64,000 bases of DNA, taken from positions 45-64,044 of the forward strand of contig CAZLYK010000009.1 in assembly GCA_964563495.1 (NCBI GenBank), in the 5' to 3' direction. The DNA is from an uncultured Heliobacteriaceae bacterium (GTDB lineage Bacteria > Acidobacteriota > Blastocatellia > RBC074). Shown piece after piece: positions 13,034 to 23,890 of this stretch. The translations under genes were made by a program, and so were the position numbers. A model generated the notes under the pieces. That model made no database searches. It was not told the origin of the DNA and worked only from the letters and a program-made list of their open reading frames with translations. Every line of letters starts with the position of its first letter. Position 1 is the first letter of the stretch.

Positions 13034-13135
13034 AATAGACAGGATTGACAAGATTCCTGCAGGATTAAACCGGATTTAAGACAACCGAAAAAATCCGGTT
13101 TAATCCTGCAGGAATCTTGTCAATCCTGTCTATTT
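13034..13135. repeat. family A element, copy 4 (near-perfect palindrome)
   Basis: aatagacaggattgacaagattcctgcaggattaaaccggatttaagacaaccgaaaaaatccggtttaatcctgcaggaatcttgtcaatcctgtctattt. Confidence 0.9.
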
Positions 13136-14338
13136 CCTCTCGTTGATCATCTCCTTGATGCGTTCGATGGCTTCCTGAATCGCTTCGAGCGAGTTGGCAT
13201 AGGACATTCTCAGGTACCCTTCGGCTCCGAACGCCGAGCCGGCAGTCAGGACCACTCCATACTTCCACAACAGCTCGTCGGCCAGCTCCTTAGAGGTGGC
13301 GAATCCGCAATTTTTCATCAACTCTCTGACGTTCGGGAATGCATAAAAAGCGCCTTCCGGTTCGCCGCATTTGATTCCCGGGACCTGGTTGAGCGCGGGG
13401 ATCAACCATTCGGCGCGGCGCTGGTACTCGGCGAGCATGGTCCTGACCGAGTCCTGCGATTCGGTCAAGGCGGCGATCGCGGCCTTCTGCGCGATCGATG
13501 CGGCATTGGTCGCCGAGTGGCTTTGGATCTTGGTCACTTCCGTCACCCACTCCTGCGGGCCGAGGGTGAAGCCGATGCGCCACCCGGTCATGGCATAAGT
13601 CTTGGAGAGCGAGCCGGCGATCAGGACTCGCGACCTCAGCTCGGGCGATAGCGTTGCGGCCGAATGTACTTTATGCGGCGAGTAGACGAACTGAAGATAG
13701 CATTCGTCCGAGATCACCCAGAGACCCTGCTCGACCGCGACCTCGACTATCTTCTTGAACTCCTCCGGATGAATCACCCGTCCCGTCGGATTCGACGGCG
13801 AGTTGATGATCAAGAGCTTCGCCTTCGGCGTGATCGACGCTTTGACCAGATCCGCGGTCAAATGGAAATCGGTCATCTCAGTCTCGACCGGAACGATTTT
13901 TCCTTCGGCAAAATGGACGATCTCCGGAAATGAGACCCAGCACGGTTTTTCCAGCAAGACCTCATCGCCGGGATCGATCAACCCGAGCACGGCGTTGAAA
14001 ATCCCCTGCTTCCCGCCGAGCACGACGCAGCATTGCTCCGGCGCATAATCAGAGCCGAAGTTGGAATTCATATAATCGCAGATCGCCTCACGCAAAGGCA
14101 TAATCCCGCTCGGCGAGGTGTATTTGGTGAAATTCTCATCGAGCGCACGCTTGGCGGCCGCTTTGATATTTTCCGGCGTCGGAAAATCCGGCTCACCGAC
14201 GCCCAGGTCGATCACTTTGACTCCCTGCGAACGCAACTTTTCAGCCGCCATGACCACAGCCGCGGTAGACGACAGCCTGGTCAGCCGGGCTCTGGCTGAA
14301 ACGGGAAAGGCGGTTGCGGATTTTGAGGATGTGCTCAT
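13130..14338 (-). CDS. PLP-dependent aminotransferase class I/II (aspartate aminotransferase-like)
   Basis: 402 aa; [18 protein letters not shown]-lysine region. Confidence 0.85.
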   Translation of the reverse strand: MSTSSKSATAFPVSARARLTRLSSTAAVVMAAEKLRSQGVKVIDLGVGEPDFPTPENIKAAAKRALDENFTKYTSPSGIMPLREAICDYMNSNFGSDYAPEQCCVVLGGKQGIFNAVLGLIDPGDEVLLEKPCWVSFPEIVHFAEGKIVPVETEMTDFHLTADLVKASITPKAKLLIINSPSNPTGRVIHPEEFKKIVEVAVEQGLWVISDECYLQFVYSPHKVHSAATLSPELRSRVLIAGSLSKTYAMTGWRIGFTLGPQEWVTEVTKIQSHSATNAASIAQKAAIAALTESQDSVRTMLAEYQRRAEWLIPALNQVPGIKCGEPEGAFYAFPNVRELMKNCGFATSKELADELLWKYGVVLTAGSAFGAEGYLRMSYANSLEAIQEAIERIKEMINERK

Positions 14339-14820
14339 TTTTTTCCTTGCTGCTTCATTTTTTCGATGACGATATCCGGGACCAAGCCTTCGATCGAGCC
14401 GCCGAGACTGAACACTTCTTTGATCAGGGTCGAGCTGATGAATGAATTTTCCTCAGCCGCGACCAGCATGACGGTCTCGACATCCGGATTGAGTCGGCGA
14501 TTCATGAGGACCATCGGCAGCTCATATTCGTAATCCTTGATCGATCGCACTCCGCGAATAATCGCATCCGCCCGGCGCCGCCGCGCATAATCCACCAACA
14601 ATCCCTCGAAGGTCTCGATCGTGACCTGAGGAAAACGAGGCTTGAGCACCTCGGTCAGAAGCTCTATTCGCTGAGAGATCGAAAACATCGGCTGTTTGCC
14701 GGGGTTGACCAGCAAGGCGACGATGACTTGATCGAACAGCTTGCACCCGCGCGCAATGATGTCGACATGACCGTTGGTCGGCGGATCGAATGAACCAGGA
14801 TAGATGGCGAGTTTGGACAA
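14335..14820 (-). CDS. coaD: phosphopantetheine adenylyltransferase
   Basis: 161 aa; [18 protein letters not shown] (T/HxGH) motif; 4-nt overlap with the upstream gene. Confidence 0.9.
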   Translation of the reverse strand: MSKLAIYPGSFDPPTNGHVDIIARGCKLFDQVIVALLVNPGKQPMFSISQRIELLTEVLKPRFPQVTIETFEGLLVDYARRRRADAIIRGVRSIKDYEYELPMVLMNRRLNPDVETVMLVAAEENSFISSTLIKEVFSLGGSIEGLVPDIVIEKMKQQGKK

Positions 14821-14844
14821 GGCGTTTGTCTTTTCTCTCCCTGC

Positions 14845-15429
14845 TCATGAATCGGTAGCAGGCTGCGATGGTAACACGGGTTCAAGGCTGTAAAAAGTCA
14901 AACAGGACTCGCCCTGCCTGATCTCGCGATAGGGGCGCAATCGATCATAACTCGGGGCGAGCGGCATCTGCCGGCGATGCTCGACGATGACTAGACCGTC
15001 ATCGGCGATCAATTGGTTGAGGGCTAATTGCCGGAGGACCGGTGAATAGATCCCGGAATCATACGGGGGGTCAAAATAGCAGATATCGAACCGCTCCTCT
15101 TCCGAAGCCAGTTTTCTCAAAGCCTTGAGCGCTTCAGAGTTGATCAGCCTGAACCCCTCCTCGATCCCGCAGTGGCTCAGGTTCTCGCCGATCACTGCGG
15201 CGGCTTTGCGTGATGCCTCGATGAAGGTGACGCCGGCCGCTCCGCGTGAAAGCGCCTCTATCCCGACCGCACCCGATCCCGCACACAGATCCAGAAAACG
15301 CGCCCCGGCGATCTGCGGAGCGATGACATTGAAGAGCGTCTCGCGCAGCCGGTCCGATGTCGGGCGCACCTGCACCCCTTCGAGCGTCTTCAGCCTGCGG
15401 CCTTTGTATGTCCCGGCAATTACTCGCAT
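14845..15429 (-). CDS. rsmD: 16S rRNA (guanine966-N2)-methyltransferase RsmD
   Basis: [13 protein letters not shown]...[18 protein letters not shown]; DPPY motif; conserved rsmD-coaD arrangement. Confidence 0.85.
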   Translation of the reverse strand: MRVIAGTYKGRRLKTLEGVQVRPTSDRLRETLFNVIAPQIAGARFLDLCAGSGAVGIEALSRGAAGVTFIEASRKAAAVIGENLSHCGIEEGFRLINSEALKALRKLASEEERFDICYFDPPYDSGIYSPVLRQLALNQLIADDGLVIVEHRRQMPLAPSYDRLRPYREIRQGESCLTFYSLEPVLPSQPATDS

Positions 15430-15439
15430 AAAATTATTG

Positions 15440-15468
15440 AATAGATGGGATTGTCAATCCTGTCTATT
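15440..15468. repeat. family A minimal copy (outer arms only)
   Basis: aatagatgggattgtcaatcctgtctatt. Confidence 0.7.
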
Positions 15469-16441
15469 ATTTATACCCATGAGGATGGTTCAGATGCCAG
15501 CGCCAGGCGGACTCGATAATCCGATCGAGCTCGCTCTGACGCGGCTGCCAACCCAGGTCGCGCATGATCTTATCGGGGCTGGCGATCAGCACCGGAGGAT
15601 CGCCCGGGCGGCGCGGAGCCGCCTCGGTCGAAATCCATCTGCCCGTGACTTGCCTCGCCATTTCGACCACTTCGGCTACCGAATAACCGCTCCCGTAACC
15701 CAGATTATAGACATCGCTGCGTTTTTCCGTCACGCCCAGGGCGAGGATGTGCGCGGCTGCCAGATCGACGACGTGAATGTAATCGCGCACGCACGTTCCG
15801 TCGGGCGTGTCGTAGTCTTCGCCGTAGACGTCCACGTGGCCGGCTTTGCCGGCCGCGACTCGCAGCACGTTCGGTATCAGATGGGTCTCGGGTTGGTGGT
15901 CTTCGCCGAAACGATCGCTTGCGCCGGCTGCATTGAAATATCGCAGGCTGACATAATTGAGCTGGTGGGCTTCCTCGTACCAGCGCAGCAATCGCTCGAA
16001 GGCGAGCTTCGATTCGCCGTATGGATTGGCCGGAACCGCAGCCGTCTCTTCGTTGATCGGCATCGTCGGCGGCGCTCCATAGACCGCCGCTGTTGAAGAG
16101 AAGACCAGCCGTTTGACACCGGCCGCCAGCATGGCATCGAGCAGCGCGATTCCCCCTCCGACATTGTTGGTGAAATATAGATGAGGCTGAACCACCGATT
16201 CGGCGGCCAGGCTCGATCCGGCCATGTGGATCACCGCTTCGATCCCATGCCGGTCGAGCGTCTCGACCAGTCTCCGGCGATCCGAAAGCTCGCCCTCGAC
16301 CAGAATCGCCTCGGGCGAAACGGCCGCCGCGTGCCCTTTGCTCAAATTATCCAGGACAATCGGGTTGTGACCCTGAGCAATCAAATACTCGACGATCACG
16401 CTGCCGATGTACCCGGCTCCGCCCGTGACAAGAACCTTCAT
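15467..16441 (-). CDS. galE: UDP-glucose 4-epimerase
   Basis: [14 protein letters not shown] Rossmann motif; YxxxK SDR catalytic motif; 324 aa. Confidence 0.85.
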   Translation of the reverse strand: MKVLVTGGAGYIGSVIVEYLIAQGHNPIVLDNLSKGHAAAVSPEAILVEGELSDRRRLVETLDRHGIEAVIHMAGSSLAAESVVQPHLYFTNNVGGGIALLDAMLAAGVKRLVFSSTAAVYGAPPTMPINEETAAVPANPYGESKLAFERLLRWYEEAHQLNYVSLRYFNAAGASDRFGEDHQPETHLIPNVLRVAAGKAGHVDVYGEDYDTPDGTCVRDYIHVVDLAAAHILALGVTEKRSDVYNLGYGSGYSVAEVVEMARQVTGRWISTEAAPRRPGDPPVLIASPDKIMRDLGWQPRQSELDRIIESAWRWHLNHPHGYK

Positions 16442-16461
16442 GAATAAATTGGCCTCCTAAA

Positions 16462-16547
16462 AATAGACAGGATTGACGGGTTTTTTGCTCGATTAAACAG
16501 GATGACCTCCTGTTTAATCATGCAAAAATCCCGTCAATCCTGTCTAT
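16462..16547. repeat. family A element, copy 6
   Basis: aatagacaggattgacggg...cccgtcaatcctgtctatt with compensatory arm changes. Confidence 0.9.
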
Positions 16548-16563
16548 TAATAGCCGGATTATT

Positions 16564-17511
16564 TTAACTGCCGGGGCAGGGAACGGTCTTTCCATCCGGG
16601 CCGCGACAAAGTTTACCGGGTATCAGGACGCCGAAGCACTTGCCGTCGACCAAAATGCCACCCTTGGGACAGTCACCGGTCGCGCCCGGAGGACTGCTGG
16701 CGGCGCTGAAGATGACCATGTTCGGAGCGATAAAGCCTCCGGCCATGACCGTTACGCCGGGGAAGAAGAGCGAGTGGTCGTAATATTCAATGCCGTAATA
16801 ACTGCGAAACATCCTGTCGCTCTTACGGCTGACCACGCCGACGATCGGCCCCTTACCCGGTTCGCTCTCGTCGAGCGATAATCCCGAATCATTGGCGCCG
16901 GCATTGCCGTCCAACTGGGTATCGGCCGGCTGGCCGGGCAGCCGTGTCGTCCCCATCTGGGCGAGCACAACCAGATTGGCCGGGGGCGGCGGCAGCGCGA
17001 TATTCCCCTTTTGCTGCGTCGCCAGATAAGCATCGTAGAGTTCCTTGACGAGCGGGTCACCCGGGCGAACCAGACGCCAGTTGGACATGCCGGGCGTGCA
17101 GGGCGTCATCGGATCGCACAACGCCGATGGGCGAAGCAGTCTGATCTTCTTGCCTCCCACATCTATGCCCTCTATCAACTGAGTCAGATCGGTCGGAAAC
17201 TGCTGGCCGCCCCGCATCGCCGCGTAGCGCCCCAAAGCCGCCGAGATCTGCTGCCCGCGCCAGAGCATCTCCTCTTCGCGCTCGCGCTGCGTCTCCATTT
17301 TGACCATCGGCGCTGTCGCCGTCATCAAAATCAGCGAAAACATCATGACACCAATCAAACCCACCAGCGCGTAACCGCGCTCGCCGCGTTTCACCTTGCG
17401 GCGCTGAGCAGTGTCTCCCGCCCGCTGATTGATCAAATTCTCTTTCATCTTCCTCATACCTCTGAACTCTCGCTCTCTCAACCGTTCAGCCCGGGGCTCA
17501 GCCATTCTCAC
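16564..17511 (-). CDS. hypothetical membrane protein, possibly pseudopilin-like
   Basis: N-terminal hydrophobic helix [17 protein letters not shown] resembles a non-canonical prepilin segment (no Glu at +5); start uncertain. Confidence 0.4.
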   Translation of the reverse strand: MRMAEPRAERLREREFRGMRKMKENLINQRAGDTAQRRKVKRGERGYALVGLIGVMMFSLILMTATAPMVKMETQREREEEMLWRGQQISAALGRYAAMRGGQQFPTDLTQLIEGIDVGGKKIRLLRPSALCDPMTPCTPGMSNWRLVRPGDPLVKELYDAYLATQQKGNIALPPPPANLVVLAQMGTTRLPGQPADTQLDGNAGANDSGLSLDESEPGKGPIVGVVSRKSDRMFRSYYGIEYYDHSLFFPGVTVMAGGFIAPNMVIFSAASSPPGATGDCPKGGILVDGKCFGVLIPGKLCRGPDGKTVPCPGS

Positions 17512-18352
17512 CCGAAAAATTGATCACGTGCGAAACTTTAATATTAGTGTCCTCCACTTCGATCCTCTGTGAAGTGATATTGATGACGCGCCAGTTCTTG
17601 AACTTCTGTCCCTTGACGACGTTGATCACTTCGTCGTCGGTTTGTGACTTGAGCACCGCAATCGTCCCCTTCTTGCTCACGATCAAACCGATAAATCGAT
17701 AAGGCGGCGCCGGCGGCTCCGCCACGTTGAGCGTGATCTGATTGGAGTAGAGCGCGGCGTTAGTTTGACTGCGAACCTGGACGCCAAGATTCGACGCACG
17801 TCCGATCGTCTCCGCCGAGACCTTCGCCTTGACTTCGTTGGCGCTGACAAAAGTTGTCGGGACCTCGCGGCCCTCAATGTAGACTCTGGAATCGCTCGGG
17901 AACTTTTCACCGAAGATTGTCAGGTTAAACTCACCCGTCCGCGCGATCACGCCCGAAGGGTTGACCGAATAGGCGGTCAACGGCGGAGGCGGGGGAGGCG
18001 GGGGCGTCGGCACAGGTTTGGCCGGCGTTGGCGTGGGGGGCGGCGGATAAACGAAGATGTTGCGGCCGGTTCCACCACCCGCCGCGGCCCTGCTGCTCAT
18101 CGACGCCAGATCCAGCGGCTGTGAAATGATCGGCTCGGGCGATCCGCCCGGACGGGGCGTCGGCTGCGGCGCCGGCTTGACTACCGCGCTCGCTCCGGTC
18201 CCCGCCGCCGGCGGGCTCGACTTCGACGGAGTCTCGCCGCCGGTGAAAAATTGAAGATAGACGATACCGGCAAAAATGACGAACAACACGCCCAACAGAA
18301 TCTTCTTGCGCGTCTCTCCAGAATTAATACTGTTCGAATTTTCCTGACTCAT
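17498..18352 (-). CDS. hypothetical Pro-rich membrane-anchored protein (PilP-like position)
   Basis: N-terminal TM helix, poly-Pro linker, C-terminal beta-rich domain; lies between the PilO-like gene and the pilin-like gene. Confidence 0.4.
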   Translation of the reverse strand: MSQENSNSINSGETRKKILLGVLFVIFAGIVYLQFFTGGETPSKSSPPAAGTGASAVVKPAPQPTPRPGGSPEPIISQPLDLASMSSRAAAGGGTGRNIFVYPPPPTPTPAKPVPTPPPPPPPPLTAYSVNPSGVIARTGEFNLTIFGEKFPSDSRVYIEGREVPTTFVSANEVKAKVSAETIGRASNLGVQVRSQTNAALYSNQITLNVAEPPAPPYRFIGLIVSKKGTIAVLKSQTDDEVINVVKGQKFKNWRVINITSQRIEVEDTNIKVSHVINFSGENG

Positions 18353-18418
18353 GACAAATTCAATCCGGACAAATCAACTAACCCGGGTCTATCTATTCGC
18401 CGCCGCGTGCGCGAGCTA

Positions 18419-19147
18419 TCATCTGGTCTCGGCCGGGCGCCGAAAATATGTGTCCATCTCGATCTTGAGCGAAACCGGAACTGCTTCGGGGCCGCTCAAT
18501 TGAATCTGTTGCGCTTGGCCGCCCCTGGCGGCCATCTGCCTCACCTTTTCGGCCTCACCCTGAAACGAGAGCGAATTGATAATTAAAAATTGATTGCTCC
18601 GCTCCAGGTCGGCGAGGAATCCGCGCAAGTTCAAATAATCCCCGATCACCGTGGTGTCGATTCCGAGCGACGGATAGAGGTTGATCTTCTTCTCGTAGCT
18701 CGCTTTTTGCGCCTTTCCGCTGCCGTCGTCCTCGGCCGTAGCCTCCGGTTCGAGCGGGCGATAACTGGCGTCTCCGACGATCACCTTGTGGGTTCTTCCC
18801 AGATTGTCGATCTCGTTGATGATCTGAGTCATCCCGCGCTCGTCCGGCTTCAAATAGCCCTGAAATTTGCCCAGACTGTCGATGATCTTCTCGGCATTGC
18901 TCGCCTGATCGAGGCGCTTCTTTTCATCGCTCGTCATCTTTTGCAGGCGTGTGCGCAACTCGGTCTCACGGTTCTTAAGCCCAGCCATCTCTGAATTGAG
19001 CGGCTGGACCTTGGTCAAATAGAAAGAGATGACCAGGGCCACAAAGACCAGCGCCGTAACCAGAAAGATAATCTCCAGCGCGCTCAAACGAACCCTGCGC
19101 AGCGTTTCACCCACCCCGCTGAAATTAATAATTCGTCGCAGGTTCAT
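18419..19147 (-). CDS. PilO-like type IV pilus/T2SS assembly protein
   Basis: single N-terminal TM helix followed by coiled coil, ~240 aa; overlaps the upstream gene by 4 nt. Confidence 0.5.
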   Translation of the reverse strand: MNLRRIINFSGVGETLRRVRLSALEIIFLVTALVFVALVISFYLTKVQPLNSEMAGLKNRETELRTRLQKMTSDEKKRLDQASNAEKIIDSLGKFQGYLKPDERGMTQIINEIDNLGRTHKVIVGDASYRPLEPEATAEDDGSGKAQKASYEKKINLYPSLGIDTTVIGDYLNLRGFLADLERSNQFLIINSLSFQGEAEKVRQMAARGGQAQQIQLSGPEAVPVSLKIEMDTYFRRPAETR

Positions 19148-19773
19148 TGTTTCTTCTCCGCAATCTGATAGTTCGGGCTGCCGCCGGTCGCGGCTTGTGG
19201 CGGGAAATATTCAACCATCAGCGTGAACTCGACCTCGTCGGTTCCCTCGACCGGTTTTTTTGTCAGCGGCTGAACCTTGAATCGCCCGGAATCGTGCAAC
19301 CGGTTGATCATCCCGGTCACGTCCTGACCGCTTTTCCCGATCACATCCAGCATGAGCGTCGCCGCGCTGATGTTGCCGCTGATCGTCTCGGTCCGCTCCT
19401 GCGGCTGAATCTGGTTGACCGCCACCCGCATGACCCGCACCGAAGCCGGTATGTTGCGCTCTATATCATTCAAAAGCTGCGACCACGAAAACACCCGGCG
19501 CGCGATCAACTCGCTCGCCGCTACCAACTCGCGGTTCTGATCGGTCGTGATCGTGACATTGCCGCTCACCGGTCTGTCGTACCTCCTCAGCTGCGTTTCC
19601 AACCCTCTAATGATATTTCGCCGGTTCGATATCTCACCCTCGATCAGGGTCATCTGCCCGATCGCTTCCAAACCAAAATATGATGGCACGATAAACAACA
19701 CCAGAATCGCCAGCCAGAATAATCGACGATTGCGAAACGGCTCGCTTGCCAGATTGACTATTGGTTTCATCAT
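19144..19773 (-). CDS. PilN-like fimbrial assembly protein
   Basis: [13 protein letters not shown] then TM helix, similar to the PilN INLLP...R N-terminus. Confidence 0.5.
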   Translation of the reverse strand: MMKPIVNLASEPFRNRRLFWLAILVLFIVPSYFGLEAIGQMTLIEGEISNRRNIIRGLETQLRRYDRPVSGNVTITTDQNRELVAASELIARRVFSWSQLLNDIERNIPASVRVMRVAVNQIQPQERTETISGNISAATLMLDVIGKSGQDVTGMINRLHDSGRFKVQPLTKKPVEGTDEVEFTLMVEYFPPQAATGGSPNYQIAEKKQ

Positions 19774-20085
19774 TCAACTTTATCTGATTGCCATTCTTGA
19801 TCGTTCTTCAGCGGATCTGAGGATTGGGGCGCAGAGCAACGCCAACTATAGCATAAAGATCAGATTGGCTAACAGCAGAGATCAGGGGCGGGAAGTGTGA
19901 TTCGTCTATTATTACAAAAAAATCGAGGTGACCTTCCCCCGCTCCAGCGTGGCTGATCACCTCACACAAACTACACACAGCCGCTATCACGCTTCTATAG
20001 GGAAAAGGTTCCCGGATTTTTCTCTAAATAATCAATTTTTCTGACTTTTGCCCCACTTCCGGCTTCATTCTAATGAATAGCCAGG

Positions 20086-20163
20086 ATAAACAAGACTTTT
20101 GCAGGATTTTACCAGGCCAGCTCTGGTAAAATCCTGCAAAAGTCTTGTTTATCCTGGCTATAT
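20086..20163. repeat. family A diverged variant
   Basis: aatagccaggataaacaagactttt...aaaagtcttgtttatcctggctat; arms diverged but still complementary. Confidence 0.75.
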
Positions 20164-20251
20164 CCCGGGCCGCTTAGGGTATGCAAATATCAGTATTGCT
20201 TGATATTTAGCGACACAGTCGGCATACTGGCCGTCACGTTTTGAGCCATCA

Positions 20252-22051
20252 ATGAAACATCCGGGAAGATCAATGACCGAATCGACGACCAAAATCGTGC
20301 GCGGAATCTCGGGCGCCCGCTGGCGGTTGAACCAATGCGACGAAGAGTTGGTGGACGGTTTGCGCCGGTCCACGGGTGAGGACGAGATTCTGATCCGCTG
20401 TCTGGTCAATCGCGGCCTCTCGAATGCGGAAGAGATCAAGAATTTCCTGGAGCCGCAGTTCTTCAGCCAGCTTCACCCGCCCATGCTGCTGCGGGATATG
20501 GCGGAAGCCGTCGGGCGGTTGCGACGCGCCGTCCGCGATCGGGAGCGCATTCTGATCGTCACCGACTTCGACGTAGACGGGACTACCTCGAGCATCATTC
20601 TATCGCAGACATTAAAGCTGCTGGGCGGGGCAGACCTCGTCTCCTGCTACATCCCGGACCGCTTCAGCGAGGGCTACGGTCTTTCCCGGCAGATCGTCGA
20701 GCAGGCCGCCGCCGGCGGCTTTCGCATCATCCTGACGGCCGACATAGGGATCAAATCACACGCCGAGTCGCGGCTGGCGCGCGAGCTCGGCATCGACCTG
20801 ATCATCTGTGATCACCACCTGCCCGATGGGGAAGACGTCCCGGCCGATGCCTTCGCCGTACTTTGCCCCAAGGGATCTTCGGGAACCGGCTATCCGAACA
20901 AGCACCTGGCTGCCTGTGGAGTCTCGCTCAAACTGGCTGATGCGCTGCTCGAAGGACACTCAAAGAGGGAAGCGATTTTAGCCTCGCTCGCCAAACTCAC
21001 CGCCATCGGGACGATCGCCGACATGGTCGATCTTTCGGCCGGGGAAAACCGCGCCATCGTCGCTCACGGTCTGAAAGCTCTCTGCCGGCCGAGCAACAAC
21101 CCGGGTTTGCGCGCACTGCTCAGACTGGCTCAGGTTGGCGACCCAATCACCTCTTACGATATCGGCTTCAAAATCGGCCCGCGGATCAACGCCGCCGGGC
21201 GGATCGCGCACGCCAACTCGGTCCTCGCCCTGTTCGAGGCTAAAACGGATGATGAAGCGACCGAACTGGCACTCAAACTCGACGCCCTCAATTCCGAACG
21301 CCAGCATATCCAGCACATTCTGGTTGAAAAGTTGAAGAAGCTCGTCTTTGAGGGGAATGATCGATTTCCACACGTTCTGGTCTTTGCCGGCAGCGAGCAG
21401 GAGGATTTTCATCGCGGCGTGATCGGTATCGCCTGCTCCAAAATGGTCGAGATGACCGGGCGGCCGACCTTTATCTGCTCGGTCAATGAAGATGGCATTG
21501 CTCACGGCAGCGCCCGCTCGATCGGCGGATTCCATCTGGTTGAGGCTCTCGATTCGGTCTCGGATCTGCTCGTCAAATATGGAGGTCATCCCATGGCCGC
21601 AGGCTTCACGGTTCCCTCTGAAAAGATCGACGAGCTTCGCCGGCGACTCAATCATTACGCCGAGAAGATCCTGAGCGATCAGGATCTGGGGCGAATCCTG
21701 ATCGCCGACGCGGAAATTCGAGTCGAAAGCGCGACCGTCGAGACTACCCGATCCCTGGCCAGACTGGAACCACACGGAGTCGGCAACCCCACTCCGCTCT
21801 TCCTGCTGCGCGGCGCTCCCCTGCGCTCGATCCAGGTGCTCAAGGAGAAGCACCTCAAATTGCTCATCGGCCCGGAAAGGATGCCGCTCGAAGCTCTCTG
21901 GTGGAATGCAGCCGACCACCGATCGAAGCTCGAAGGGGCGTCTTCGATCAGTCTGATCTGCCGGCTCGAGATCAATCGCTGGAACGGCCGCGAAACCTGC
22001 CAGCTCAAGATCATCGATGCCAAGATTGAGGAAAAGAATAGACAGGATTGA
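20252..22051 (+). CDS. recJ: single-stranded-DNA-specific exonuclease RecJ (DHH/DHHA1)
   Basis: [21 protein letters not shown] motif; 599 aa; C-terminal NRQD* supplied by the repeat. Confidence 0.9.
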   Translation: MKHPGRSMTESTTKIVRGISGARWRLNQCDEELVDGLRRSTGEDEILIRCLVNRGLSNAEEIKNFLEPQFFSQLHPPMLLRDMAEAVGRLRRAVRDRERILIVTDFDVDGTTSSIILSQTLKLLGGADLVSCYIPDRFSEGYGLSRQIVEQAAAGGFRIILTADIGIKSHAESRLARELGIDLIICDHHLPDGEDVPADAFAVLCPKGSSGTGYPNKHLAACGVSLKLADALLEGHSKREAILASLAKLTAIGTIADMVDLSAGENRAIVAHGLKALCRPSNNPGLRALLRLAQVGDPITSYDIGFKIGPRINAAGRIAHANSVLALFEAKTDDEATELALKLDALNSERQHIQHILVEKLKKLVFEGNDRFPHVLVFAGSEQEDFHRGVIGIACSKMVEMTGRPTFICSVNEDGIAHGSARSIGGFHLVEALDSVSDLLVKYGGHPMAAGFTVPSEKIDELRRRLNHYAEKILSDQDLGRILIADAEIRVESATVETTRSLARLEPHGVGNPTPLFLLRGAPLRSIQVLKEKHLKLLIGPERMPLEALWWNAADHRSKLEGASSISLICRLEINRWNGRETCQLKIIDAKIEEKNRQD

Positions 22052-22134
22052 CAGGATTTCTGCAGGATTGAACAAGATTTATATCTTGTTCAATCCTGCA
22101 GAAATCCTGTCAATCCTGTCTATTCTTTTCCTGG
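22037..22134. repeat. family A element, copy 8 (perfect palindrome, extended by gaaaag/cttttc)
   Basis: aatagacaggattgacaggatttctgcaggattgaacaagatttatatcttgttcaatcctgcagaaatcctgtcaatcctgtctatt. Confidence 0.95.
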
Positions 22135-22175
22135 TTGACAAAGGGAAGCTGTGGCCGTTAAGATGCGCATTCGTA

Positions 22176-22251
<76 letters not shown>

Positions 22252-22262
22252 CTTTTAGAAAA

Positions 22263-22301
22263 AACAGTTACGGCTTCCGAAAGGAAGCCGTAACTGTTTT
22301 T
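22263..22301. terminator. bidirectional rho-independent terminator
   Basis: 15-bp perfect stem acagttacggcttcc/ggaagccgtaactgt, GAAA loop, T-tract on both strands; lies between the tRNA-Pro 3' end and the 3' end of the convergent cupin gene. Confidence 0.85.
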
Positions 22302-22737
22302 ACGACACTTTCAGCTTGGCGTCCTTTGGAGGATTCTCGGCAAACCATTCCGAGATCGCCGGCATATGTTTCTCGAAATCCCCGGGAATCGAAAAGTTCA
22401 GGACGCCCGCCCGCTCAGAACTACGGTTCTCGAAATCATGCGTGACTCCGCCAGGCGCCAGGATGAAGGAGCCTTTGGGGGCTTCAACCCAGCGATCACC
22501 GACGAGAATGCTCATGGTCCCATCAATCACATAGAAGATGTCGTCCTCGGCGTGGGAGTGCGCTCCGGGACCTTGTGTGTGGGGTTCCAGCCACCACTCA
22601 GAGATAGAGTACCCGCTCTGTGTTTCATCCCCGTCTGCTTTGAAGACGGCGCTGATCCGTCCCATCGGGTAAGAACGCCCTTCGCCGGGAAGCAGAAATA
22701 TGCCGGCTCGCTCTGTCGGTCTAGCCTGGTCGCTCAT
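22300..22737 (-). CDS. cupin domain protein
   Basis: 145 aa; double-stranded beta-helix His motifs (GAHSHAEDDIFYVIDG...GGVTHDFEN). Confidence 0.75.
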   Translation of the reverse strand: MSDQARPTERAGIFLLPGEGRSYPMGRISAVFKADGDETQSGYSISEWWLEPHTQGPGAHSHAEDDIFYVIDGTMSILVGDRWVEAPKGSFILAPGGVTHDFENRSSERAGVLNFSIPGDFEKHMPAISEWFAENPPKDAKLKVS

Positions 22738-22912
22738 GTTCCCTCCTCTCAGACGTATTTATCGATAGCGCCGCCAGAATACAACCGGTAATCGCCGGGC
22801 GCAACGATACAGTCACAACCGAGTCACAGTTCGCCGGTTCGGGTTCGACTCGATTGCATTCCAGATGCTTTACTGACATCATCGCCTCAAAGCAGAAGGG
22901 AGCCGAGCTAAG

Positions 22913-23890
22913 ATGGCAAATTCACAGCAACCGACCTTGTTTAATCATAAACTCATAGTCATCGCAAAGGCCTTGAATGTTCGCCAATCACCATCACCGC
23001 AAGGTGAAATCGTTGGTTTACTTGGAAAAGATGAGGTCGTCGATTGGCTCGACACATCGGAAGATGGCCAGTGGTACAAGGTTCAGAAAGGCAATCTCGT
23101 CGGATGGTCATTTAGAAAATTTCTCACCACTGTCACGCCATCAGAACTAGACAAAATTACTCAGGTTGCCGCGGCCTCGGAGGTTGCGCGCTATCGATGG
23201 CTCGACCGGGGAGTAGCGCCGCTCGGATACATTAAGGGAATGGCCGTTGCTTACGCGAGGGTCTATTGCAAGCTGTTAGCCGGAGATGCTGCTGCCATAG
23301 AGATGGCAAAAGCAAAGACGACAGTAACCGGCAAAGATGCCCTGGCGCATTATCATCAAATCTTTCAAGATGCCGGAATGGACAACAGCCGTGCCGGGGA
23401 CGACACGCTTCGACATTTATTTGTACTCCTGATCGGACTTGGGATGCGTGAAAGTTCCGGGCGTTATTGTGAGGGACGTGATAGATCGGCGAGTAATACC
23501 ACAGCGGAAACAGCCGAAGCCGGGCTTTTCCAGACCAGTTACAATGCCAGAACCGCGAGCCCATTGCTGCCGGTATTATTTCATCAGTATTCGGCTAATC
23601 CGGCAGGGTTTGTCGATATCTTCAAACAAGGCGTCAGGTGCACCGATGCAAGCCTTGAAAACTATGGAGATGGTGACGGGAGGGAGTTTCAGCGTTTATC
23701 AAAGGCTTGCCCGGCATTTGCAGTCGAATTCGCCGCGGTGGGGCTGAGAAACATTCGGAAACACTGGGGGCCGATAAACCGCAAAGAAGCAGAGGTCCTG
23801 CCTGAGGCCGATGAGATGTTAATGCAGGTACAAAATATTGTAGATAAGTTTAATCTCTGTCCAGCGCTCAAAGGAAATAGCCAGGATTGA
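22913..23890 (+). CDS. SH3b domain protein with C-terminal lytic-transglycosylase-like region
   Basis: N-terminal bacterial SH3 pattern (ALNVRQSPS...GWSFRKFL); C-terminal GMRESSG...AEAGLFQ resembles the SLT catalytic ES...AxGLMQ motif; gene looks AT-richer than its surroundings. Confidence 0.55.
   Translation: MANSQQPTLFNHKLIVIAKALNVRQSPSPQGEIVGLLGKDEVVDWLDTSEDGQWYKVQKGNLVGWSFRKFLTTVTPSELDKITQVAAASEVARYRWLDRGVAPLGYIKGMAVAYARVYCKLLAGDAAAIEMAKAKTTVTGKDALAHYHQIFQDAGMDNSRAGDDTLRHLFVLLIGLGMRESSGRYCEGRDRSASNTTAETAEAGLFQTSYNARTASPLLPVLFHQYSANPAGFVDIFKQGVRCTDASLENYGDGDGREFQRLSKACPAFAVEFAAVGLRNIRKHWGPINRKEAEVLPEADEMLMQVQNIVDKFNLCPALKGNSQD

Noticed and set aside
19774-20251. 480 bp intergenic region between the pil-like operon and recJ as a possible sRNA or missing pilM
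   Set aside because: No ORF with PilM (actin-like) features. It contains only a diverged family A copy and plausible divergent promoters (TTGCTT...CATACT before recJ); nothing further is supportable from sequence alone.
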